From the NCBI GenBank assembly GCA_041648495.1, contig JBAZOW010000001.1:1-37425 (forward strand): a stretch of DNA of 37,425 bases, given 5' to 3'. Each line of letters opens with the position of its first letter. Position 1 is the first letter of the stretch. The DNA is from Patulibacter sp. (GTDB lineage Bacteria; Actinomycetota; Thermoleophilia; Solirubrobacterales; Solirubrobacteraceae). Below are positions 1 to 10,663 of this stretch, one piece after another. Below the pieces are notes generated by a model, which saw only the letters and a program-made list of their open reading frames with translations, was not told the origin of the DNA and searched no databases. The position numbers and the translations under genes are program-made.

Positions 1-931
1 GCCGAGCGCGCAACGCGCGGCGGTGGGCCTGCACCCAGCGGCGACGCCGACGGGCACCGGGCCAGGCCCGGAACGCGTCGAGGTAGGCCCGGAGCAGCAG
101 CGGCTCGCGGGTCAGCGCCGTCGCCAGCGCGATCGACTCCTGGGCCAGCAGCCACGGCAGCGACCGCGCGATCTCGCCGCGGGTCTCGTTCTTCGCGATC
201 ATCAGCAGCCGGTTGCGGAACCGCAGTCGCCGGTGCGCACGGTCCGACGTCTCCGTCCGGGTCGGGTGGGAGAACCGCCGGTGCCAGGCGACCGCGCGCG
301 GCTCGTAGCGCGACTCCCAGCCGAACAGCCGGGCCCGCCAGGCCAGGTCGACGTCGGTCGCCCACAGGTCCATGTCCTCGTCGAAGACCTCGAGCCCGAA
401 CGCGCAGTCCTCCAGGCAGGCGCGCCGGTACAGCACGCAGGCCCCGTCGCCGCCGAAGACCGGGCCGGTCCGCGAGAAGCGGTCGCCGGACGCACCGCGT
501 CCGACCAGCGTCGGACGGCGGCGGTGGTCGACGGTGACCCCCGCCGCATCGAGCTCGTCGGTCCGGTGGGCCGGGTCCATCCCGTCGCTGTGCAGCAGCC
601 GCGGGACGACCGACCCGAGCGTCGGACTGAACAGGTGCGGTCGGAGCGCGTCGAGGAAGCCCTCGTCGAGCACGCAGTCGGCGTTGCAGAGCAGCACCCA
701 GTCGCCTCCGCAGGCGGCCAGTCCCGCGTTCATCGCCGCCGCGTAGCCGCGACGCCGCGGTAGTCGTAGGCGGCGCGCGCCGAACCGCTCGCACAGCTCG
801 GGCGTGGCGTCGGTGCAGGCGTTGTCGATCACCACGACCTCGTCGGCGCCCTGGGCACAGGCAGCGGGAAGCGACCACCGCAACAGTGGTGCCTCGTTCA
901 CCGACAGGACCAGGATGGTGATCCGGTTCAC
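1..931 (-). CDS. Glycosyltransferase family 2 (GT-A fold), 3' end runs off the window
   Basis: Hand translation from GTG at 931: MNRITILVLSVNEAPLLRWSLPAACAQGADEVVVIDNACTDAT...GYAAAMNAGLAACGGDWVLLCNADCVLD...FDEDMDLWATDVDLAWRARLFGW. These are GT2 motifs. Absent from the ORF track because no stop falls in the window. TACCCT -10-like hexamer 6 nt upstream. Confidence 0.9.
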   Translation of the reverse strand, partial: MNRITILVLSVNEAPLLRWSLPAACAQGADEVVVIDNACTDATPELCERFGARRLRLPRRRGYAAAMNAGLAACGGDWVLLCNADCVLDEGFLDALRPHLFSPTLGSVVPRLLHSDGMDPAHRTDELDAAGVTVDHRRRPTLVGRGASGDRFSRTGPVFGGDGACVLYRRACLEDCAFGLEVFDEDMDLWATDVDLAWRARLFGWESRYEPRAVAWHRRFSHPTRTETSDRAHRRLRFRNRLLMIAKNETRGEIARSLPWLLAQESIALATALTREPLLLRAYLDAFRAWPGARRRRRWVQAHRRALRAR

Positions 932-1018
932 CGGTTCAGGGTAGGTGACGGGCGGGCAGGCCGGTGTCCAGCGGTCACGATCTTGCCGACCGCGGATCCG
1001 GCCGGGACGCACGCACCG

Positions 1019-1900
1019 TTACGGCGCCCCGGTGCGCTCGCCGTCGCCGACCTCGGCGGGGAGCCGGTCCGCGACGCGACGGACCCGCGCGTTGAGCGCG
1101 CGCATCGCCAGCGTGTAGGGCCACTCGAACTTGCGCTGGGCGAAGTGCCCCCAGGCGATGTCCCGCGACGTGTAGACCCAGAACCGGTTGCGCTCGATCC
1201 CCCGGACGATCGCGGTCGCCGCCTGGTCCGGGGTGACCGCGTGCCGGGTGAAGCGCTCGGTCAGGGCTCGGACGCGAGGGTCAGCGCGGTCCACTCCCAC
1301 GATCCGGACCGAGTCGACCAGTGGCGACGAGACCGCGCCGGGGCAGACCAGGCTGACCCGGATCCCGTGCGGTCGCAGGTCGAACCGCAGGACCTCCGAG
1401 ACCCCGCGCAGCCCGAACTTGGTTGCGCTGTAGGCGGCGTGCCACGGCAGGCCGAACAGTCCGGCGGCCGACGAGACGTTGACCAGGTGCCCGCCGCGTC
1501 CCGCCGCGATCATCGGCGGGACGAACGCCTCGATCACGTGGATCGGCCCCATCAGGTTGATCTCGATCAGCCGCCGCCAGTCCTCGTGGGCCAGCCGGTC
1601 GACCGACCCCCAGGTCGAGATCCCCGCGACGTTCATCACCACGTCGAAGCTGCCGTGCTCGGCGTGCGCCCGGTCGGCCATCGCCTCGACCGCCTCGTGG
1701 TCGGAGACGTCGGCCGTCCGGGTCCCGAGCACCCGCCCGCCCTGCTCGCCGACCAGAGCCGCGGTCCCCTGCAGCCCGTCGGCGTCGAGATCCGTCAGGA
1801 AGACGCTCGCCCCGGCCCGTGCGGCCCGCAACGCGGTCGCCCGCCCGATTCCGCTGGCGGCTCCCGTGATCAGGGTCCGGGCACCGTCGAGGCTCGTCAT
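1019..1900 (-). CDS. Short-chain dehydrogenase/reductase (SDR)
   Basis: MTSLDGARTLITGAASGIG (TGxxxGIG), NVAGI, NVSS, YSATKF (YxxxK). It is the C-terminal part of track ORF 1019..3781; ATG at 1900. Confidence 0.93.
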   Translation of the reverse strand: MTSLDGARTLITGAASGIGRATALRAARAGASVFLTDLDADGLQGTAALVGEQGGRVLGTRTADVSDHEAVEAMADRAHAEHGSFDVVMNVAGISTWGSVDRLAHEDWRRLIEINLMGPIHVIEAFVPPMIAAGRGGHLVNVSSAAGLFGLPWHAAYSATKFGLRGVSEVLRFDLRPHGIRVSLVCPGAVSSPLVDSVRIVGVDRADPRVRALTERFTRHAVTPDQAATAIVRGIERNRFWVYTSRDIAWGHFAQRKFEWPYTLAMRALNARVRRVADRLPAEVGDGERTGAP

Positions 1901-2050
1901 GCGTCGATCGTATACGCACGTGCACCCCGTACCGGGGCCCCCGAGGGCCGGGCCGGCACGCCGGAGGACGTCACGCGCCCGCCGGCCCCCGCCGCCCGCC
2001 CGGCCGCGGGGCGTCGCGACCGACGGCGCCACGCCCGTACTCTTCACCCC

Positions 2051-4520
<2,470 letters not shown>

Positions 4521-4550
<30 letters not shown>

Positions 4551-5543
4551 CCGGTGCCGACCGCCCGGGTCGGTGCCCCAGGTGTCGGCGGCGCGTGACG
4601 GGGCGGGTGGGGCGTCCATGTTCCCCGTCCGCGGCAGCACGTTGAAGGGGTCCGACGGCGGTCCCGCGCCGTACGACTCCTCCGACCGACCGGGTGCCCC
4701 GGGTGCGGACGGCGAGCCCGGCCCCGGAGCTCCGTGGTCTCCGGTTCCTCGGGGGTCGAACGGCGGGGGCGCGCCGAACCCGCCGGGCGACGGCACCCCG
4801 CCGTTGCCCCCACCGCTGCCGCTGCCCGACGGGTCGTGCCGGGTCACCCCGACGTCGACCCGGTGGCGCTCGGTGCGGTGATCGACCTGGTCCGGCGTGT
4901 CGACCAGGATCGACTGGCACATGCCCTCCAGCCGCGAGACCGTGCGCTCGCCGATCTGCTCCTGCATCGCGTCGCGATCGAGGTTGGTGGTCAGCACGAT
5001 CGAGCGCTGCTCCTGCCAGCGCTCGTTGATGATCGTGTAGAGCTGCTCCAGCACCCACGGGTTGGAGCGCTCGGTGCCGACGTCGTCGAGCACCAGCAGC
5101 GACACGCTGGTCAGCTGGTCGAGCAACTCGAGCGTGCTCAGGCCCTCGCCGTCGTAGGTCCGGCGGATCTCCGACAGCAGCCGCGGCACCGAGTAGACGG
5201 CGACCGCCTGCCCCTGCTCGATCGCGTAGCGGGCGACGAGCATCGCCAGCCAGGTCTTGCCGGCCCCGACGCCCCCGGAGATCCACAGGCCGTCGCCCTC
5301 GGCGAGCCGCTCCGGCAACGCGTCGACGTACGCCCGAACGTGGCGCACGGCGTCGCGCGGCATCGTCGAGATGTTGCTGTGCTCGAACGAGGCGTCGCGG
5401 TACTCCCGCGGAATCCGCGCCCGCAGCTGGCCCGCCATCCGCTGGGCGCGCTGCTCGGGCATGCAGCGGCACTCGGCCGCTTCGCGGGTCCGCTCGTCGA
5501 CGATCCAGCCGGATCCGTCGCACACGTCGTAGGGGCAGCGCAT
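4521..5543 (-). CDS. DnaC/DnaI/IstB-like AAA+ ATPase (putative helicase loader) with N-terminal Cys cluster and Gly/Pro-rich tail
   Basis: CPYDVCDGSGW...AAECRC Zn-binding-like N-terminus, IPREYRDASF, Walker A GGVGAGKT, Walker B LLVLDDVGTE, IINERW, TTNL, RTVSRL; starts 3 nt after the dnaB stop. Confidence 0.88.
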
Positions 5544-5546
5544 CGA

Positions 5547-7118
5547 TCAGCCTCGGGCCGCGGACTGGGGCGGAAGCGGGACGCCACCCGGGGGTGGACT
5601 CCCCGGCGGCGGACTGGTCGGACGCGGGGGCCCGGGAGCCGGCACGCCGGGACCGCTGAAGTTGGCCGGCGGACCGCCCGCGTCGTGCGACGGCTGGGCC
5701 ATCGTCAGGAACCGCGGGAACTCCTTCTGGAACAGCAGGCGGATGTTGCCCAGCCGACCCGAGCGGTTCTTGGCGATGATCAGCTCGGCGACGCCCGGCT
5801 CGGCCGTCTCCGCGTTGTAGTACTCGTCGCGGTAGAGGAACATCACCAGGTCGGCGTCCTGCTCGATGTTCCCCGACTCGCGGATGTCCGAGAGCAGCGG
5901 GCGCTTGTCCGGGCGACTCTCGACGCCACGCGACAGCTGCGACAGGGCGATCACCGGGCACTTCAGTTCCTGCGCCAGGATCTTCAGTCCTCGCGAGATC
6001 TCGCCGATCTGCTGAACGCGGTTGTCGGTCCGTCCGTCGGGCCGCATCAGCTGGAGGTAGTCGATGATCACGCAGGCGACGCCGCCGGGGTGGGAGGCGT
6101 GCAACCGCCGGGACTTCGCCCGGATCTCCATGATCCCGATGTCCGACGAGTCGTCGATGTACAGCGGCGCCTTGGCGAGCTTGTCGGCGACCTCCAGGAC
6201 GTCGGGCCAGCGGTCGCCGATCCGGCCCTTGCGCATGTCGTCGCCCTTGATCGCCGCCTGCGACGAGAGCACGCGGTGGAGCAGCTCGCGCTCCGGCATC
6301 TCGAGCGAGAAGAGGGCGACCGCGCCCTTGTTCTGCAGCGCGATGTTCTCGGCCAGGTTGGTGACCAGGGCGCTCTTGCCCATCGACGGACGGGCGGCGA
6401 GCACGACCATCGAGCCGGGCTGCAGGCCGCTGGTGGCCTTGTCGAGGTCGCGGTAGCCGGTCGGCAGGCCCGTGATGTCGCGGCCGTCCTTCTCGAGCTC
6501 CTCGAGGTACTTGACCTCGTCGTCGATGAACGACCCGACGGTGTGCAGGCCCTTGGTCTCGTCCTCGGTCGAGACCTCGAAGACCAGGCCCTGCGCCCGC
6601 TCGACGATCAGCGCGGGATCGTCCTCGCCGCGCAGGACCGTCGACTGGATCTCGTAGGTCGCCTGCAGCAGCCGTCGCAGCTTGCTCAGGTCGGCGACGA
6701 TCTCGGCGTGGCGCGGCAGCGCGGCGACCTCGGTGACCGCCGCGGTCAGCTGCCAGATCGTCTCGCGCCCGCCGGCCTGCTCGAGCGTGCCGGTCCGCCG
6801 CAGCTGCTCGACGACCGTGATCGAGTCGATCGGCTGGTTCTCGCTGTAGAGCTGCCGGATCGCCTCGTAGGTGACCTGGTGCTGCGGGGCGTAGAAGTCC
6901 TCGGCCTTGAGCGCGTCCTCGACGGTCAGGCCGTAGCGGGCCTGCTCCGACAGCATCATCGCGCCGAGCACGGCCTGCTCGGCGTGGATGTCGTGGGGCG
7001 GGACGTGCGCCGGACCGGCCGCCCCGCCGTCGTCGCTGCCGAATCCCTCGAAGTCGTCGGGACCGGAGAACGAGGCCTCGTCGTCGGGGAAGGGGGTGTA
7101 GTCGCGGTCGGAATCCAT
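5547..7118 (-). CDS. dnaB: Replicative DNA helicase DnaB
   Basis: PPHDIHAEQAVLG, LAARPSMGKS, FSLEM, IIDYLQL, LSQLSR, DIRESGNIEQDAD, IAKNRSG; no intein. Confidence 0.98.
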   Translation of the reverse strand: MDSDRDYTPFPDDEASFSGPDDFEGFGSDDGGAAGPAHVPPHDIHAEQAVLGAMMLSEQARYGLTVEDALKAEDFYAPQHQVTYEAIRQLYSENQPIDSITVVEQLRRTGTLEQAGGRETIWQLTAAVTEVAALPRHAEIVADLSKLRRLLQATYEIQSTVLRGEDDPALIVERAQGLVFEVSTEDETKGLHTVGSFIDDEVKYLEELEKDGRDITGLPTGYRDLDKATSGLQPGSMVVLAARPSMGKSALVTNLAENIALQNKGAVALFSLEMPERELLHRVLSSQAAIKGDDMRKGRIGDRWPDVLEVADKLAKAPLYIDDSSDIGIMEIRAKSRRLHASHPGGVACVIIDYLQLMRPDGRTDNRVQQIGEISRGLKILAQELKCPVIALSQLSRGVESRPDKRPLLSDIRESGNIEQDADLVMFLYRDEYYNAETAEPGVAELIIAKNRSGRLGNIRLLFQKEFPRFLTMAQPSHDAGGPPANFSGPGVPAPGPPRPTSPPPGSPPPGGVPLPPQSAARG

Positions 7119-7270
7119 GAAGACGAAAGCTCTGCCTGAACGTACCAGCGTCCGTGCCGGACGCCGTGGTCACCCGCGCACGTAGCGGGATCTTCCTCGC
7201 CGGAACGACGACGGCACCGGAGATCCGGTGCCGCGAGGTCACGTGGCGGACATACCGCCTACGTGGGTCG

Positions 7271-7295
7271 GGGCGTCGCGCCGAGCGCGACGCCC
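7271..7295 (-). terminator. GC stem-loop just downstream of rplI
   Basis: GGGCGTCGCG-ccgag-CGCGACGCCC, perfect 10-bp stem 11 nt after the rplI stop; no U-tract. Confidence 0.5.
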
Positions 7296-7306
7296 TGAGG
7301 AGCGGT

Positions 7307-7759
7307 CTAGCGCTCCGTCACGACCATGGTCTTGACGTTGGCGATGACGCCCTCGGTCAGCTCGACGTCGACGACGAACGTGCCGGTCGCGCGGATCGGC
7401 TCGGCCAGGCGCACGTTGCGCTTGTCGACCTCGATGCCGCGGGCCTCCTTGATCGCGTCGGCGATGTCCTGGTTCGTGACCGAACCGAACAGCCGGCCGT
7501 CCTCGCCGGTCTGGTGCGCGATCGTCAGCACCGTGTTGGTCAGCGCGTCCGCCTGCTGGCGGGCGTTGGAGACGGCCTCGGCGCGCTGGCGCGACTGGGC
7601 GGCGGCGACGCGCTCGGCGTCTTCCAGCGCGGCCTTGGTGGCCGGCGCGGCCAGCTTGCGCGGCAGCAGGTAGTTGCGCAGGTACCCCTTGGAGACCTCG
7701 ACGACGGCCCCCTTGGAGCCGAGCTGCGGGACGTCTTGGAGCAGAATTGCTTCAGGCAT
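7307..7759 (-). CDS. rplI: 50S ribosomal protein L9
   Basis: MPEAILLQDVPQLGSKGAVVEVSKGYLRNYLLPRKLA, GRLFGSVTNQDIA; ATG at 7759. Confidence 0.97.
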   Translation of the reverse strand: MPEAILLQDVPQLGSKGAVVEVSKGYLRNYLLPRKLAAPATKAALEDAERVAAAQSRQRAEAVSNARQQADALTNTVLTIAHQTGEDGRLFGSVTNQDIADAIKEARGIEVDKRNVRLAEPIRATGTFVVDVELTEGVIANVKTMVVTER

Positions 7760-7921
7760 ACGGTCAGATTCGCTTCTGTCGTGCCGGGCACAGCACAGCG
7801 CCGTACCCCTCAGCAGGACAGGGAAGGATGCCACGTTCCACGGTGTCCACGCGGCGCGGTCGAGGGTGAGCGCCGGACGATGCGCACCCGCGGCGCAGGC
7901 CGGCGGGCGACGCCGCGGCGC

Positions 7922-8431
7922 TCAGAGCTCGTCGGCGAGCAGGTCCAGCAGCAGGTTGTCGTGCCAGCCTCCGGTCAGGACGTCGCGCTCGTACTGCCGC
8001 AGCACGCCGACCCGGCGGAAGCCGATCTTCTCGTAGGTTGCGATCGCCCGCTCGTTCTCGAGCGCGGGGTCGATCGTGATCCGGTGGTGCCCGCGGACGT
8101 CGATCAGGTAGCGGACCAGCGTCGCGACCGCTTCGGGCCCAAGGCCGCGACCGTGGAACGGCGGTCCGAGGAAGACGTCGATCGAGGCGTGCCGGTAGTC
8201 GGGATCGGCTTCCTCGAGGTACTGGATCATCCCGGCGACCTGGCCGTCGACCTCGATCGTCCAGGGCGTGACCGCGTCGTCGTCGAACGGCCAACGCTCG
8301 TCCTCCGGCAACGGCCACCAGCGGCCGACGCCCGGGTCCCGCAGGTAGTCACGCAGGGTCGGGACGTCGTCGGCGACGACCGGCCGCAACCGCAACCGCT
8401 CCCCTTCGATCCGCTCGTTCTCGTTCCGCAC
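7922..8431 (-). CDS. GNAT N-acetyltransferase, AAC(6')-like / RimJ-RimL-type
   Basis: RLRLRPV, GMIQY, ASIDVFL, HGRGLG acetyl-CoA loop, ITIDPALENERAIATYEKIGF; AGGAGG RBS before the GTG start. Confidence 0.88.
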   Translation of the reverse strand: MRNENERIEGERLRLRPVVADDVPTLRDYLRDPGVGRWWPLPEDERWPFDDDAVTPWTIEVDGQVAGMIQYLEEADPDYRHASIDVFLGPPFHGRGLGPEAVATLVRYLIDVRGHHRITIDPALENERAIATYEKIGFRRVGVLRQYERDVLTGGWHDNLLLDLLADEL

Positions 8432-8526
8432 GGCGTGGCCTCCTGGTGATCATCGGGCGCCGCGCGTCACCCCGTTCCGCGCGGCGCTTCCGGTGCGCTC
8501 GGCTCCCGGCCGAGCCTCGGGGATCC

Positions 8527-9153
8527 CTAGAACGGGATGTCGTCGTCCGCGACCGGCGCGGACGAGGGCTGCTGCGCCGGCTGCTGGGGCTGGAACCCGC
8601 CACCCTGCTGGGGCGGCTGCGGCTGGAAGCCACCGCCCTGCTGGGGGCCGCCACCGAAGTCGCCCTGCTCGACCGGGTAGGCCGTGCCCGGGCCCGAGAA
8701 GCCGCCGCCCTGCTGGCCGCCGCCTCCGCCGCCCCAGTCGTCGTTGGCCGGCGCGGCCGGCTGACCACCGGGCTGCTGACCCCATCCGCCACCGCCACCG
8801 CCACCACCGGGCTGACCGCCACCCTCGCGACCGCCGATGAACTGCACGTCCTGCGCGACGATCTCGATCGACTCGCGCTTGTTGCCCTGCTGGTCCTGCC
8901 ACTCACGCCAGCGCAGGCGACCATCGACCGCCACCTGGCGGCCCTTGGCGAGGAACTTGGCGGCGTTGTCCGCCGAGTTACCGAAGATCGTCACGTTGAA
9001 GAAGTTCGGGGCGTCGGTCCACTGCCCGGACGCATCCTTGCGGCGCTCGTTCACGGCCACGCGCAGGCTGCAGACGTTGCCGCCGGACGGCAGGGCGCGG
9101 AGTTCGGGGTCGCGGGTCAGGTTCCCGACGATCGTCACGCGGTTGATCGGCAT
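8527..9153 (-). CDS. ssb: Single-stranded DNA-binding protein
   Basis: MPINRVTIVGNLTRDPELR, KGRQVAVDGRL, Gly/Gln-rich linker, C-terminal DDDIPF; GAGGA RBS. Confidence 0.98.
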   Translation of the reverse strand: MPINRVTIVGNLTRDPELRALPSGGNVCSLRVAVNERRKDASGQWTDAPNFFNVTIFGNSADNAAKFLAKGRQVAVDGRLRWREWQDQQGNKRESIEIVAQDVQFIGGREGGGQPGGGGGGGGWGQQPGGQPAAPANDDWGGGGGGQQGGGFSGPGTAYPVEQGDFGGGPQQGGGFQPQPPQQGGGFQPQQPAQQPSSAPVADDDIPF

Positions 9154-9347
9154 GGGGTCCTCTTTCTCGGGGTTGCGTCGGCCGAGGGTAACGGCCACGG
9201 CGCGCCGTGGAGCGACGGCGCACCGATGAAACGAAGTCGGCCGTGGAGCCGTGCGCTCCGCTACCGGATCGCAGGTGATGAGCTTCCCACGAGCAGCGGC
9301 GGATCGCGCTGCCCCCCGGTGCCTCACGGCGGGAGCGGGTCCGTCCG

Positions 9348-9451
9348 GCGGCGAACAGCGCCGCAGAACGAAGACGTGCCGCCCGGGGGCGGCACGAGAG
9401 TCGCGCGTCGGAACGGTCCGACGCGCGGACGGGCCGAGCAGCGCCCGGCCC
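9348..9451 (-). terminator. Four tandem stem-loops between rpsF and ssb, one followed by a U-rich run
   Basis: Stems at 9431-9451, 9402-9427 (11 bp perfect), 9375-9396 (followed by TCTTCGTTCT on the - strand) and 9348-9364. Confidence 0.55.
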
Positions 9452-9463
9452 TGCGAAGCGGTC

Positions 9464-9844
9464 CTACTCGGACTCGGCGGCGGCGACGGCGGCGCCGGCA
9501 GCAGCGGCGTTCGCGTCGATCTCGGCCAGGTCCGGCAGGTCGACCGGGTTGCGCTCGAGCTTGATCAACCGGTGACGCAGCACGGCGTCGGAGATCTTCA
9601 GCTGGCGGTTGAGCTCGTTGAGCAGCTCGGCCGGACCCTGGAACCGGAAGACCCGGTACTCCGCGGTCAGCTCGTCCCCGATCGGGTACGCGAGCTGTCG
9701 AACGCCCCACTCACGACCTTCCAAGAGCGTGCCCTGCTCCTGAATCAGCTTGTCGATATCCACGGACAGCTTCTGCCGGGTCTGCTCTTCGGCAGACGCG
9801 TGAAGAAGGAGGACGAGGTCGTATGAAGGTGCGGGAGCGGCCAT
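9464..9844 (-). CDS. rpsF: 30S ribosomal protein S6
   Basis: YDLVLLL...EWGVRQLAYPI...ELNRQLKISDAVLRHRLIK; upstream of ssb; ATG at 9844. Confidence 0.95.
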   Translation of the reverse strand: MAAPAPSYDLVLLLHASAEEQTRQKLSVDIDKLIQEQGTLLEGREWGVRQLAYPIGDELTAEYRVFRFQGPAELLNELNRQLKISDAVLRHRLIKLERNPVDLPDLAEIDANAAAAGAAVAAAESE

Positions 9845-9963
9845 AAGAAGCGACGGTCGACGGTACCAAAGCCTGCGCCGCCCGGTCGTCCGACCCGCCT
9901 GTCGCAATGGGCGTCGGAACATTCGGGGGGCGAGTTCCGCGCGGTCGGCGGGTCCTCTTGAAG

Positions 9964-10542
9964 ATGCCACAGAATCACGGACACCGCGCCCGCTCCTGGG
10001 CCAACATTCCCCTGCCGGAGGGACCGTGGGCGCCGCTCTTCGCGATCGCGGCGGTCCTCGCCACCGTCGCGATGGTCGCTCAGGGCCCGCGGATCGGCGG
10101 CGATCCGCCGGCGGTGCCCGACGGTCGGCCCTACGCCGTGGCGGACGCGGTCGGCGCGCCCGCCCCCGCCGGAGTCGGTTCGGCACCCTCCGCCGACCAC
10201 CGGTCGTCGGACGCCGGAGCCGATCCGCCGCGCACCGAATCCGCCGGCCCGGAGCCCGATCCGCCCGGCGCCGAGCGGAAGGTCGCCTCCGCCACCACGG
10301 CTGCGACGGGACCGCGCCGCCGGACCGCGCCCGCGTCGTCTCACCGCAAGCGGCGTTCCGCACCGGGCCGCACGCGGCCCGGTGCGGGGCGTGACCGTCG
10401 GCAGGTCCCGTCGCGCCGAGCGGTGCCGCGTCCGGTGCCGGCGACGATGATCGCCCGCACGGTGTCGGCGACGCGCCAGCCGTCGGCGCCGCACCGCCCG
10501 GCCGTGGTCGGCAGCGCGGAGCGGGAGTTCGGCGCGCCCTAG
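9964..10542 (+). CDS. Hypothetical Pro/Ala/Arg-rich protein with one N-terminal hydrophobic segment
   Basis: PWAPLFAIAAVLATVAMVAQG hydrophobic stretch, then low-complexity sequence ending SAEREFGAP. Fills the gap between rpsF and otsA; start uncertain (9907 or 9964). Confidence 0.5.
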   Translation: MPQNHGHRARSWANIPLPEGPWAPLFAIAAVLATVAMVAQGPRIGGDPPAVPDGRPYAVADAVGAPAPAGVGSAPSADHRSSDAGADPPRTESAGPEPDPPGAERKVASATTAATGPRRRTAPASSHRKRRSAPGRTRPGAGRDRRQVPSRRAVPRPVPATMIARTVSATRQPSAPHRPAVVGSAEREFGAP

Positions 10543-10575
10543 GACTCGCGCCGCCGCCCTCGCACCGCCACGGAC

Positions 10576-10648
10576 CTCGGGTCGGTCCCGGTCTCGGGTC
10601 GGTCCCGGTCTCGGGTCGGTCCCGGTCCTGGTCTCGGGTCGGTCCCGG
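10576..10648. repeat. 17-bp tandem repeat (CTCGGGTCGGTCCCGGT), three perfect copies, a 6-bp interruption, then a 16-bp copy
   Basis: Units start at 10576, 10593, 10610 and 10633; intergenic between convergent genes. Confidence 0.9.
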
Positions 10649-10663
10649 CCCGCCCCCGTCGAC

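Noticed and set aside
7830-7852. Possible DnaA boxes (GTTCCACG, GTGTCCACG) upstream of rplI
   Set aside because: At least two mismatches to TTGTCCACA and no cluster or AT-rich unwinding element.
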